NCBI GenBank assembly: GCA_000708835.1 | Contig: DF236953.1 | Location: 1-64,000 of the forward strand | From: Klebsormidium nitens | Lineage: Eukaryota; Plantae; Klebsormidiophyceae | Length of the DNA: 64,000 nt | Direction: 5' to 3' | In this document: positions 46,201 to 58,327 of the stretch, in pieces | How positions within the stretch are numbered: position 1 is the first letter of the stretch | Layout: each line of letters opens with the position of its first letter | Translations under genes and position numbers: made by a program | The notes under the pieces: generated by a model | What the model was told of the DNA's origin: nothing | Databases searched by the model: none | What the model saw: the letters and a program-made list of their open reading frames with translations, nothing else

Positions 46201-49200
46201 GCTCATGCGGCGCGGGGATCTCAGGTATGGTCATCAAGTTCCAAACTTCAGGGTTGTATCGTTTTAAGAAACGCCAAAGCTTCGGCTGCGGTTGGTCATA
46301 GCCCGCAAACCATCTTCGAACATAGGGGTAAGAGTAGGGTTGTTTATATGTGAGCTTCGCTCACGGTCGAAGCCAAAGAGCGCTGACTTTGAAATCCAAA
46401 CCCCAAGGGTTCAATGCTTGACGGCTCGTCCGCTATGACAGCAATCTCTGGCTTTCCGGTCTCCTTCTTGGTATTTCTTCCCGCTTGCCTCGTCCAATTC
46501 GCTCGACTTACAAGCAGCGCGCCTCGTCCGATGCGTCCCGGCTTGTAACTTGGGTCTCCCGTATCCCGCAGAGGTTATCTGCGAGATGGGCGGAAGGAGC
46601 CAATGGCATTTCTGGACTGGGAAACGCGGCTCAACATAGCCTGCGACTCCACAGCAGGATTGCAGGTAAGATCGACGCTCCGCGAAAAAGAAATTGCTAA
46701 CGCAGGATGTTGCTCACGATTACAATTGTACCCTGCAACTCGAATGAACGAAGTGTCATTATGATCACACCTGCTTCTGCAAGGTCCTAGTCGCACTCCG
46801 GTTCTCATTGTGCTGTCTAGGTACCCGGCTCTGCTGGTAAGCAGAGCCGCTCCTAAAAGACGCGTGTCTCCTTGCAGTATCTGCACGAGGGGTTCCGGCC
46901 TCCAGTGGTAAGTGCCACCACTTTCTTAAGTGTGTAGATAGCGCAAGTCCTCTGTCAGGCTTTCGAGAGTTTAGCTCTGCCGCCTTCAAACCGTCTCCTA
47001 TGATGTCGGGTCATTTGCAACGGGTTTGCGCAGCATCTGATCTGATGTGCGATGCACTTTTGAAGACAGTGTGATATTCTGACTAGAAGTGCTTGAGAAT
47101 TCTCGGTATTGGGGCTGTTTGGAGGCCATAAAGCACATTAATAAGCGCCCTGTCCTACATACACTTTAGAAGTTTATTCCTCACGGGATCTGTGACAGTG
47201 TGCGTAATGGGTGTGGAAAATTGGGCGAGTTGCTGTTGATTTTTCCTTTCCTGTCAGCATATATTGACCAGTTTGGCCGGAATAGCTCTTGCTTGTCCTT
47301 CGAAACGCAGGTGCATCGGGACATCAAGACGTCGAACATCCTCTTGGATGATGACTTCCGGGCAAAGGTGAGCGGCTGAATGCTCTCTTGGCCTTTAATG
47401 TATCGCGCTTCTGATTTTCTTGTAAGCCTTCGGCAAAGTCCGGTTCTTATATAAGGGCACTGTTCGTTCTTCTTTCTGTTGCTGCACTCACTGAGACGGC
47501 AAGGACCTGCGCGTGCTAGCTTCTAATGAAGACGTTCGTTGTTCTCCTTCTTGAATCGAATTTGAAGGCCTTCACCGCCTTCACGTGCACTCGTCAGGCC
47601 CCTCTGTTTGGCAATCTGTCTCCGATCTTGAAACCGAGATTACGTTCATTCGTACGGGCCCCGCAAATATTCTTCGGGGCGGGGGGACCTCCTCACTCTA
47701 TCTTGGCCAGCTTGGCAAAACCCCGGGCCCGCGATACGCGGAGGCAACGAATGTACGGCAACGCCAGCGTTTCGCCAGTCACTTACCATGAAGTCCAAGC
47801 GGGGATATTTAGTTTGTTCTTTTCTCTGCAGATCTCCGACTTCGGGCTGGCCAAACTGTACCCTGAGGATGATGCCACGCACATCACCACCAAAGTGCAG
47901 GGGTGAGCTCGGCCGCACGTCGAAGCGCAAACACTTTCGTGTCTGTAAGAGGCATGATTCAAAATACTTTTCTAGAATACTTATAGTAAGCTCAAGTTAT
48001 TGTAAGAACGAAGCTACCACTGAAAACCTGAACCCAAAATGTCACCCGCTCCGCAGCCGTCCCCACCCTAACCCCCATACTAATCCTACCCGTCCCAGTA
48101 CTATACCTTGAGCTTACTATACCTAGTCTGGGGAATGATTGGTTCACAGGCGATCTGTCGTCGTGGCAAAGTTACGTTGCTAGCACCGAAGTTTGATACT
48201 TCCTAGACTTTCAAGTGCTCTCGGCCTATTCGCTCCAGTCGTTCTGCCTTATCAAAGCAAACTTCTAACCGAGCCAGTAACTTTCTTTGCAGGACGTACG
48301 GTTACTTGGCGCCTGACTATGCCACTACCGGGCTTCTCAACACCAAAAGCGACGTCTACAGGTAAGGAACAGGAGTATGAAAGCACGCAAAAAGTCCAAT
48401 CAAGATGGTCGCCATTTGCAAGTATCCTACGTTGGTAGGATAGCATCTGCTTGCCTATGGTCATAATTGAGTCGTCTCCTTGCGACAAGTGCATGATCGA
48501 TGACCTGGGTATCACTGAAGAACGGTCTCAGCGTCAGAGTACTTCAATCTTGCCTGGGCCGTCGTGAGCGAAGTCGATTGCACAATCTGGTCGAGTCTGA
48601 GATACTCTAGTAATAATCCGCTGGAGAACTCAAGACACTAGCATCTCTGAGTAATCCGCCGGAGAACTCAAGATACTAGAGCAATAGCCATGACCTACAC
48701 CTTGAACAACCACGGTTTTTGACTCACTCTTGCCTCTTGCACTGCATTTTTCGACTTTATAACTTATGGCTCTGCTTTCTTTCAGAAAAAGATATCTTCT
48801 AGCAAAACAAAACGCCCTCCTCCTTGGCAGCATGGGCGTGGTCTTCCTGGAGCTCTTTGCGGGCGTCGTCGCGGTATCCGCGACCACCCTCAACTCTGAC
48901 GTCAACAGCTTCTTGGTGCCCTGGGTGAGTCCGCAAACTCTTCCTCAAGCGCTGACGTCAACAGCTTCTTGGTTCCCTGGGTGAGTCTGCATACGCTCTC
49001 TCACGCGCTGACGCTCGTGCACCGAGCTACCGGGGTGCGGTACGTCAGCAAGGGAAGCCCGCTGAGATGTCCGCAGACGGTGGCGAGGGCTCTGGCTCCC
49101 GTCGGGCTTCTTGTTGCACGTACGTGGATTGCGATCGTGCGCTCATGTACGGTCACTCTGTGAGATGCCTTCTGGTGTCACCTACGCCCTTCGGAACTGA

Positions 49201-50189
49201 CCCATGCTGTTTGACCGAAGTCTGACTTAGCACGGCGTGTCTGAACTACAAGAGCGCCCCTGTTTTGTACGGGTTTCGCTGATAGTCCACCCTGCGTCAT
49301 CGGATGGTTGGGGGTTGCACTCCGCTGCACGAAGGCAGCAATGAGTGTCAGAAGTCCAGTCCGTGCCTAGATCACTCCGTTTCCGTCCGTTCTTGCAGGC
49401 CCGGCGGAACAGCGGCAAGGCGGGGTTCTGGAAGGAGGTGATGGACCCTGCTCTGGAGGGGCAGTGCCCGCCCAAAGCTGCCAAAATCTTCGCGGCACTG
49501 GCGGTCGGCATGAGCTCGCACGTAAGCGACATCGTGTTTCAAGATGTGCTTCGCTTGCGCGCTGGTGTTAGATAGAACGCTGTCCAGTACGTTTGACCTG
49601 GATTAAAAACAGTTCCGTGATCTGAAACTGCATTCAGCAGCACTTGCTGAGGTGTCGTCAATGTCTTGAGCCTCCGTACCAAGATCCCGGCATCCCCTTC
49701 TTCGTTGGGAGCCTTTGAGAGCTGGCCCGGGCCTTTCGACACCGCATAAAACGCCAGAGCCCCAAGATCAAGGTCGCCAGGTGCAGTTCGTCAAGTCTTC
49801 CTTCTTTCCCCGTTCAGGATCCCAATGCTCGCCCGACAATGAGCCAAGTGGCTTACACATTGGAAATGGTGAAGAAGGAATGCGCCGCCAACCAGGGCCA
49901 ACCGTCCCTCCCACGGACGGCCGGTTCTAATGGTGTCGTCGGCACGACGTCAGCGAGTGGTAGTGGATCACGTGCTCGGAAGGGTGATAGCTATCGGCCG
50001 TTCGAGCCCCAGTCTGGCACGTGGGCTGAAGATAGTCTTACGGGGGGGTCTAGTAGGACGACCGGCTCGGAGGGAACATGGGTGCAAATGAGTGAGTCGG
50101 AGAGCCTGCCGGAGCATTCAACGCTCTTGCGGCATGGTCAAGGCGTCACTGTTGTACGACCGGAAGTCTTTCAAGGTAACGGCCGATAG
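34277..50189 (+). CDS. LRR receptor-like Ser/Thr kinase (RLK/Pelle), ~22 exons
   Basis: Signal peptide (34277-34358), LRRNT (ANW..GDPC...WYGVVNC), plant-type LRR exons 35.6-39.4 kb, CSCVSP juxtamembrane domain (41489-41630) and TM (43902-44140). Kinase motifs: GSGGFGTVY, VAVKRL, HPNLLRLMGYC, VHRDIKTSNILL, DFGLAK, GTYGYLAPDY, KSDVYS, RPTMSQV. Exon phases are consistent. Confidence 0.92.
41141..41520 (+). repeat. Three intronic echoes of the acceptor plus exon start of RLK exon 41489
   Basis: CCTTCTCAG|GC.AG..C..CAGCC.TAC with AG ending at 41160, 41252, 41344 and 41488 (live exon). Confidence 0.85.
42190..43312 (+). repeat. Duplicated exon start (42190 vs 42361) and 3 downstream echoes of the exon end plus donor
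   Basis: CAG|GCTCGCCGCCAGTCT occurs twice. ...GAGGGGCAGCA.AT.CC.GC.AGCTAT|GTAAG ends at 42631, 42799 and 42965, with a degenerate copy at ~43.3 kb. Confidence 0.9.
43735..43985 (+). repeat. 144-bp-offset duplication of the acceptor and start of the TM exon; the upstream copy has AG>GG
   Basis: TGTGGCTCCCCGTTTTTGTACACGG|ATCCAGAGC (43758) vs TGTGGCTCCCCGTTTTTGTATACAG|ATCCAGAGC (43902). Confidence 0.9.
44752..44885 (+). repeat. ~20-bp minisatellite built on the donor site CACAA|GTGAGT
   Basis: Donor-like GT at 44760 (live), 44820, 44840, 44860 and 44880. Confidence 0.8.
47982..48121. mobile_element. Foldback MITE-like element, copy B, in an RLK intron
   Basis: Arms TATAGTAAGCTCAAG / CTTGAGCTTACTATA around the shared core CGCTCCGCAGCCGTCCCCACCCTAACCCCCA...ACCCGTCCC. 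Confidence 0.8.
48896..48990 (+). repeat. 56-bp tandem duplication of a kinase exon end plus donor
   Basis: CTGACGTCAACAGCTTCTTGGT(G/T)CCCTGG|GTGAGTC with GT at 48925 and 48981. Confidence 0.9.
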
Positions 50190-51359
50190 TATATAGTGTA
50201 GACACGGAGCCCAGAAGCCAAGGCCGCCAAAATGGCCAAAATCCGGATGCTTATAATTGAAGAGCCACTACACGTATATGCCTCATATAACAACTACATA
50301 CAATGATATAGTGTCCTCTGCTCTCTCATAATCGTTTGTTTGTAAAGTATTGAAGGCCGGCCTTGGTAGTTGTCAGGGTTTTTGGAACTGGAGAGACCAC
50401 CTAGCTAGCTAGGCCCTTAGTGGCAACATGTAGAAAGTCTGTGAGTTTGGATACTTGTTCAATTTTGTAGAGGCCTGTCATATAAAGCAAGCTCAAGGAT
50501 TTAGTTCTCTGACAATCAGCAAGGCAAGGTCATACAATCCGTAGCATGCAGCTATCACTGGAGTGATTAAAGATATTACATACGATTGTCACTACGCATT
50601 CTGCCTTGTTCGATCAGATTTACCTACAATGATCATGATATGGAAGCGTTGCATGATCATTCATCAGTACCTGCATGATATATCCGGCGATTCGACACGT
50701 TCACTTGATATACCTACCGTACCCATATTCAGTCATATAAGCGGCGGTTATTAACCGCGATCCATGTACGGTTGATGAAATCCTCAACATCATCAACACA
50801 TTTGGGTTGCAGTTGCATGCCTGGCATCATGGCATGGCCCATGTGAAAGATGAAGTTGGGCGCGGCAGGCTCCAAACGTGGATCCCCCGGGATCTCAAAT
50901 TTTCATGTCATGATGATGTAATTCAAGTTTGAATGCTTCGGTGCGGCCGACGACACCAGCAAGTTCCCGCCAATTCTGTGCAAACGTGGCACTCGAACCG
51001 TGGCCTCCCATGGCGTCCTCGATATCCGGAGCCAATCAAATGATGGAACATCGCCACCTGGACTTTGAGGTCAATTGAAAATGGCATGACGTACGCCGCT
51101 TGCCGCCATTGCCATGATGGCCCATTCAAGTTTGATTGAGTTGGCATTGCCAGTGCATGCCAGGGAAGCCCGAGGCGGCCAGATGATTTCAAATTCTCAG
51201 CAATTTGAATTTGAGTCTTCAGCCGCCTCCTGCTGAGCTGCAAGAACAGGATGGAGGTGCTATGACCACTTGACCAGTTTACTGTCCACCTGTCACACCT
51301 TTTTGTTAGAGTCGCCTTCCCTCGAGCGATAAGTGCGGCAAGGTGGCCGGTGCTGCAAG

Positions 51360-54300
51360 ATGGCGGGATCGGCGCCATGTGCATGCTTTCCTGCTTCTTT
51401 TCAAGCTCAATGGAGCCACATTGCCACCTATGGACGCACACTGAGGCTGGATCTGCCAGCCACAGCACTCGCGATTACCAGACCAAGCCCGCACTTGGGC
51501 CTCCATAACCCAGGCAGCAGGGGTGGGCGCTGGATCGTCAATGCGTCTATTGCAGGGACAGGGGAGGTTTGCAATGGGAGTGCGAATGGGGTTCACTCAA
51601 AAGGTAGCGAGGCAGTGCCAGTGGCTAGGCACTGGCAAGAAAGGGCAGTGTCGTGGGTAGCTCAGCCTGCCGCACCAGGGGCCCTTAGGGACGCCACCGA
51701 CTACTGTGACGTTCCTTTGAACTACTACCAGGTGCGGGTCTTCAAACACTCTCCTAGACAGTTACACTTACCGGTTTATCTAGTGGCCACAAAAGTCTTC
51801 TCAATTCTATGCTGATTCTCACATGTGCCTTGCGTCGCGCTTGTCCTGTCAAGTCATGTCGAGTCTGCAGTCGCGTCTTGCAGTCAAGCATGTATTGCAA
51901 CTTAGGTGGTCCGCTTTTAGCATCAATTCCAAACGGTTTGGGAGCTCCCTCGCTGAACCCATTGCGCGGTAACTGCAGCTAGCTAGGCCCCAGGGAAGAG
52001 ACACAGGGTGGTGAGTGTGAACCGGGGTTGTGTTGGCATCATTGACGGCACATGTTGAAGATACACATTGTTTTGCTGTAGATTCTGGGACTCCGAGAGT
52101 CGGCCACACAAGATGAAGTCTGGCATGCGCACCAGTGCGCTCTCAAGGCATCCCTGGCAGAGGAGGGCTACTCCCAGCTGGCCATCAGTGCTCGTAAAGT
52201 AAGGACGCAAGAAGCCCTCTGAAGGGTGATTGTCACGAGTAAAAACTAAATTACTTGCACCCATGATTAGTTCAGGATTGCCAGTCAACTGGGTGCCTTA
52301 GAGTGTTTCAAAGTATATGCGCTTAGTAAGGCCTTGCTCTGGTGCCTTTCAGATCTCGGTGTCAAGAGAAGCTACCTGAAAATGCAAGAAATTCTATGTG
52401 AAGTGTTCCCCTGTGACAGAGTCAGCTCCATCTTTTTGTGGTCGACTGTATCCAAGAAAGGCTGCCAGCGTGAGCGTCTCATGGTGATTGGGCACAGCCC
52501 TTCTCTCCATTCTAAGTCTCCCAACACTCCCTAGGCGACTGAGTGATGCGATGCGACCACCGGCTTACCGCAGGTTTCCACTTGTGTTGCCAGGAGCTTT
52601 AATACCATGCTAGCATGAGAGTTGAGACTTGTGATCCTCACTCCACCATTTCAGGAGATCCTGGATGCCGCTTATTCGGTTCTTGGCAAGGACACGCAAC
52701 GGAGGGAGTACACAGCACACGTGCGGCGCAGCAGGAACGGCGTCCTCTCAGTCCCCTGGGAGTGGGTGCCGGGACTGCTTATTCTGGCACAGCAGGTGAG
52801 GGGCAGGTCCTTTCACTTTGGGGCCACATACGTCAGTTGCTCCTTACCACTAAACAGACTTGCTTAAGAACTACCTTGTCCATGTTTTTTCCAGGAGACA
52901 TAGAGAGAGACACAAGTCCATAGTCTCAATAAACGACAAACTTGTCTTCAGTTGCACCTTACCAGACTCGCCTGAGTACTACTTTTTCCTGTTGTTCTGG
53001 AGAGCGACACTTGAATCAGAGAGACGAATTCATGTTCTGTTTTACAAACCTCTCAAGGGGGGAGAGTTGGGTGGGGGTATTAAGGTGGCCATGCACAGGT
53101 TGCAACACCCACGGCCAAGTGCTTTCGTAAGTATGAGGACTGTTGCGGTTCACTGACTAAATGTGCTGGGCTGCTCAGAAGTTATGCGTACGATCTGGCC
53201 CAGTCATTGTGGCATCAGCCCAATTGCCCCGATACATATGAGTGGAAAGTAGCAGAAATCTGTATGTACAGACAAAAACGGGTGGAAGGCAGGAGGATTG
53301 AGCTTGTTTTCATCTGCAGGCAGGGGACGCGACCCTTGTTCTCAGTTGCGGGGAACAAGCGCTCCAGCGGACGACCCTTAACCCCCTGAAGGGGGACGTA
53401 GTGCTTGCGATGGCGCTCGCACAAGTAAGTGAAAGAGTGGCCACTTTTCAAAAAAGTGAAGAAACACGCAGTATCTGTAGTCCTTTAAGAGATACGTCCA
53501 GCTTGTCCATGTTGGAAACACTTCCGCTAAGGAATTTGATCACCTTCTACGACTCAAACTGCCGTCATGTGGCTGAGTTCGATAAAAAAACCTCTCTCGC
53601 CAAGATCCGTCATAATTGGTTTCTTGTTTCTGTCTCTGCATAGTGACCGGAGTTCACAGGACTCCCAAGAAGATGCTCAATACTGAGCACCTTGATCACG
53701 GTCTTTCGCCATCGTATTCCTCCAAGTCGGATCGAGACTCGTATGCACTGTCTGTGGGTGAAAGGAACAGCTGCTAACTATCCCCCCCCACCAACTCTCC
53801 AGTGTTCCTTGGCTCGCGACGACTTCGAAGCGGACAGCGTGTGTTCTGCGTGTGCCCATCTCCGGACGGCGCTGGAGCTGCTTCAGCAAGGGGGGGACCT
53901 GCCCCTCCGGCCAGACTTGCAGGCACAGGTGAGGGATTTGCACAGTCAACTCCACAATAGTCGCGAACAGACTCGGAGCGAGACCGCAAACTTTACGAGC
54001 TCGGAAGTTGTGTCAATGATAAGGGGCTAATTCCTACCAGCAGTGGCAGACGAGGAGGCGAAGTGGATGAACGAGATGCAAGCGTAAAACCTAGAGCAGT
54101 CACGAAAACAATCTCCTCCGCAAATGGCAACGTAATAAAGTTCGAAAAACCCAGCGACGTTTCTCGGCTCTTTTTCCCTCCAATCTTCCTAGTAGCGACT
54201 TTCGCTCGGGAGCTTGCGAACCAAGGCTAATCGAGGGTAACCAAAGCGAGCTAATTGGGCCCTCTCCATGAGCCAGATTGAGCACACCGTGACCGCATGC

Positions 54301-57300
54301 GGTTCCGCGGCCTTTCTCGAACAGCTCGCCCAACCTGAAGGCAAGATTTCCCTCAGGGGTTGACTAACCAAGGTTAACTGAAAGCTGACTAACCCCAATC
54401 TCTCTGTCTGGGAGATCGAGCACACCTTGACCGAGTGCGGTCCCGCCGCCACCCTGGAGCAGCCAAGTTTGCCAAGGAGCCGACTGACCATAATCAACCG
54501 AACCTAACCCACGTTGAATAAAGCTGGCTAACCGTTCCTTCTCTCCGTGCCCAGATTGAGCGCACCTTGACCGAGTGCGGTCCCGCCGCCATCCTCGAGC
54601 ACCTCGCCCAGCCTGCCACCCCGGGTAACCTCACCGCCCGCTCCGCCGCAGTCCGCCAGTCCTTGGAGCTAGTCCAGGCTGCACTCACGCATGCCCCCCG
54701 GGGAGATCAACTGGGAACCAGAGTGGGCTGGTTTTTGGCCGCGGCGCAGGAGAGCATGGGGGCGGACGAGGGTGTGAATGGGCTCCCCTGGGAGGCGATT
54801 TCCAAGGCCTATCGGGGGGGCGAAGTCGATACCCCGGTGATGCTTCGCGGGGCGATGGCGCACTGTGCGCTGGGGTTTCGGAACCGGGAGCCGAAAATGG
54901 TGAGGCATTGGGCTTCGAGACAAGCGTGTTTGCGGGTTGTTGTTCCTTTCCAGCAAGCATGGCGTTTCTGCTGAGGCGTGCATGAGATGGACCTATAGAT
55001 TGGCGAGCTTGCGACGTCTGCATGACGTTGACAGGCTCTTGCTGGCGGCTTCAGCCGAACAAACGCCCCGGTAGCTCTCATGCTTGGGTACCGTCTTTCT
55101 TCCGAAATCCGTCGCTTTCTTTCAGGTGGGCAGGTCTCAGGTGTAACGATTTTCTTCTACCTGTCTTCGCATTTGGCCTGTCTGTTGTTTGCATCATTCG
55201 CAATCAAACCAGGTGCGACTCACCTGATGTTGCAATCGTTCGACGTCCAGCCTTCCAATGACGTCAGTATGTGACGTCACTCTCTCTTCTCCGCAGGTGG
55301 AGCAGTGCGGTGAGCTGTTGGGGTTGGTGGTGGACCGCGAGGGCGAGCGCGCCAGCGTGCACGCGGAGATGGCCGTCGTGGCGCTGCTCCTGGGCCTGGT
55401 AAGCCTCACATGATTCCTGAGATTCGAATTCTGAGTATAGGACTTTTTTGGCTCCAATTTTTCACTCTCAAAGTTCCACTTCTTGCAAGAGCCTTTGCTG
55501 CCAAGTGTCGAAACCTCGTCTGAGCTCTCCAAAGTCTCAAGAACGAAGTGTTCTGGGGCTTCGCATTCCAGAGGATTGGACCCGTTTGTTTCCAATTCGA
55601 CTACCGCCTCTTTGTTGCTACGTAGCAATCTGGCTCGGCTGGTAAGCCAAGCGTTATTTGTGAAAGGCTGCCGTTTCGAAAGACTGCTCTTATCATACTA
55701 CTGTCGTTGCTTCTCGCTTGCACGTGCCCTGAAGATACGTGATTGCGGACGTTTCGCATCTCTCGCCCCAGGTGGATACGGCTCTTGACTGGCTGAGTGA
55801 CGTTACCCCCCCTCCGCCGGGCAAGGTGCCGGTGGCCGGGTCAGTGGAAGAGGCGTTGCGAGCGCTGACCGAGGAAACTGAGAACGGCAACAAGGACGGG
55901 GTTATGCACAACCTCTGCCTGTTCACGGTGAGAAAACCGAGCGGAAAGTGAGCCCTATTGGTGTACCAATTGGGAGCATCTGTTCAAATCAGCACTGAAT
56001 CTGGACAAATGGCACTGATTGAGACGGTGTCGTCTTTGCAGCGTACTTTCTGACGGCTGCTCCATCAACCTTCTAACTCGTATTATCGAGCCTCAGTCGC
56101 ACTGTTGATCAGGACCTTGAAGCAGCCTTTGTCGATAGTCACTACAATGCCTACGTGCTATTTAGAGCCTCTCGAAGATGACAACCCAGTCCAGTATGAT
56201 TGATTCTTACCCCGTCCGACTGGTTTGTGTTCCCGTATGAAACCTCACTTTCTTCAAACTTCTGAAGACTCGAGTTGCTCCTATGGAGAATCCCGCATTC
56301 TCCCGAAATTGACAACACAGTCCATCGCAATCATCGCATTCCCCGTCCGACTCGTTTCTTTGCCCATGTTCGACCTCTATTCCGCCAACGTTCTGAAGCC
56401 ACCAGACTTTTACTAGGGGCTTTGATCAAGCATAGGAGAACGATACGGCTCTACTTTCAGGAGCGTTTCCTCCACACCCGCATCCTCGCCTCCTTTTGGG
56501 ACACCCGCCGCAGCAGCCCCCCCCTCTCCACCTACCTCGAGGACAAGCGCGTGGAGCACTACTGGCAGTCCGCAGCAGGGGGATCCCCCCGCACTGCTCT
56601 GCTCGCCTACGCACGTGCCACAGCAGAGGCCATTCACACCGTCGTCGAAAAAACCAAGTGGGCGGTCCAGCACGCGCGCTCAAAGCTACGGGAGGTGAAG
56701 CGGCCGCCGACAATCGCTCCCACCCGCGCCGTTTTGCCGTTCGCCACCCCCCCCTGAAGAGACGGCGAGCGTCCCCACCCCCCCAGAAAGTGAACCCACC
56801 GTTGCGGAGCAAACAGCGGCGGCACTCCTGAGAGACCGACGCCATGTTCAATCACTCGCCACCACCCGGGAAGAAAAGGCGAGCGTTCCCGACCCCCTGG
56901 AAAATGAAGTCAACGTTGTGGAGCGCACGGCGGCTGCGCTTCTGAGCGACCGGCGGAACGGCGGCGCGGTGCGACCGAAGCTGCCCCCCCTTGCTTCTCC
57001 CGTCGTTCCACCCCCCCAAAGCGAGGGGGGCATCGCCCCCCCCCTGCCAACAGCCGCTCTCCCTGCCATTGAGATTTACCCCCCTGAACGTCGAAGACCC
57101 CGCAGCCGGTCTCCTTCCCCGGAACGACCAGCTTTACCCCCCGTCGAAAAAAGGCTGGAAGCGCAGAGGCAGGGTGCGCAGCGGCGGTCACGGGTTGGAA
57201 AGAAATCTTCGCTTCGGGGGGGCGACATGACGGGCTTGGCGGGGGGGTTGCTGCTGGCGGGGGTCACGCTTCTGGTGGGGCTCGTAGGGCGGGAGAAGCT

Positions 57301-58327
57301 TTTCCGCCGGACGCCCGAAACGCCCCACGTGACGTCCGCTCGTCCGTCCGCAAAAGCGCCGCCGCTGGTTGTGAAACCCCCCCGAGTCCCACTCGCCGAC
57401 ACCCCCCCTCCGTCCACCTCCGGGGGGGTCATCCCCGAGGGGGTACGCCTGCCGGACACGGTTCCCCCCGCAACGGAATGGAAGCGGTCCGAGCCCCCCG
57501 CCGCGATTGCGCTGCCGGCGATGAGCAGCCGGGAAGCGGAGGCGCTCGTCCGAAAATGGCACGCGGCGAAAGCGGACGCGCTCGGGCCCCAACATGCGAA
57601 GGGGCGGCTGAGCGACGTCGCGCTCCCCCCCTTGAAAATGCACTGGGCGAAAATTGCGGAGGATGCGCGGCGGGGGGGGCGGTATTGGAACTACAAGTTG
57701 CTAGACGTTGCGGTGGACTCGGCGAAAGTGTGGCGGTCTCAGCGGGGGAGTGAGGAGGAGGCGAGCCTGGAAGTGACGATCGAGGAGGCGGCGGAGCTGG
57801 TGGACACACGTGACGTCAGCGACAACGCGGTCTACTACAGGTGAGCTGACGTCACGCCGCGTCGCCCGCAACTGATTCCCTGGAGGCAATTGCGATGGTT
57901 AGTATATTGCAAGCCGTGACTCGCTGCAAGTCTGCTAGTAACATAACGACAGATCGTGTTGTAGGGTCACCGAAAAATATTGCTTTGCTGTGCTCTGAGA
58001 GGGGGTGCTTTACGGGTCCATTTACGGAAAAATGAGGATGCTTTTTGCTAGCGGTTGTTGTACAATACTCTTCTTCGAATGCTTGACGACAGACAACGGT
58101 TTAGCGTGGTTCAGAATCCTGTGTAGGTGGAAACCTCCAAAAGTGCTTGAAGTACTATATAAAGATTGGGAGGCGTATTTCTTGGGGTTGCTTTCCGTTG
58201 CAAAGATGCCGAAGACTTCCGCGGCATTGACGATCTCGATATTTTTTCCAGCACCTATCGTGCAAGATACTCGTTGAGGCGAGTCGATGGCGATTGGAAG
58301 TTCTGTGAAGGTGGGAAAACAAGGTAG
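51360..58327 (+). CDS. PARC6: Plastid division protein PARC6/CDP1 (ARC6 paralog); apparent +1 frameshift in a C8 run at 56747-56754
   Basis: Exons 51360-51731, 52082-52198, 52655-52795, 53320-53424, 53803-53928, 54555-54899, 55297-55398, 55772-55927, 56461-57840 and 58252-58327. Features: transit-like N-terminus, VPLNYYQILG, AEEGYS, VPWEWVPGLL, AMALAQCSLARDDFE, DTRRSSPPL, a TM segment, and a C-terminal IMS domain KADALGPQH...EEAAELVD...YYSTYRARY...DGDWKFC. These fit PARC6 better than ARC6 as recalled. Confidence 0.85.
54275..54610 (+). repeat. Two intronic echoes of the acceptor plus exon start of PARC6 exon 54555
   Basis: CAGATTGAGCACACCGTGACCGCATGCGG (~54275), GAGATCGAGCACACCTTGACCGAGTGCGG (~54412) and the live CAG|ATTGAGCGCACCTTGACCGAGTGCGG (54555). 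Confidence 0.88.
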
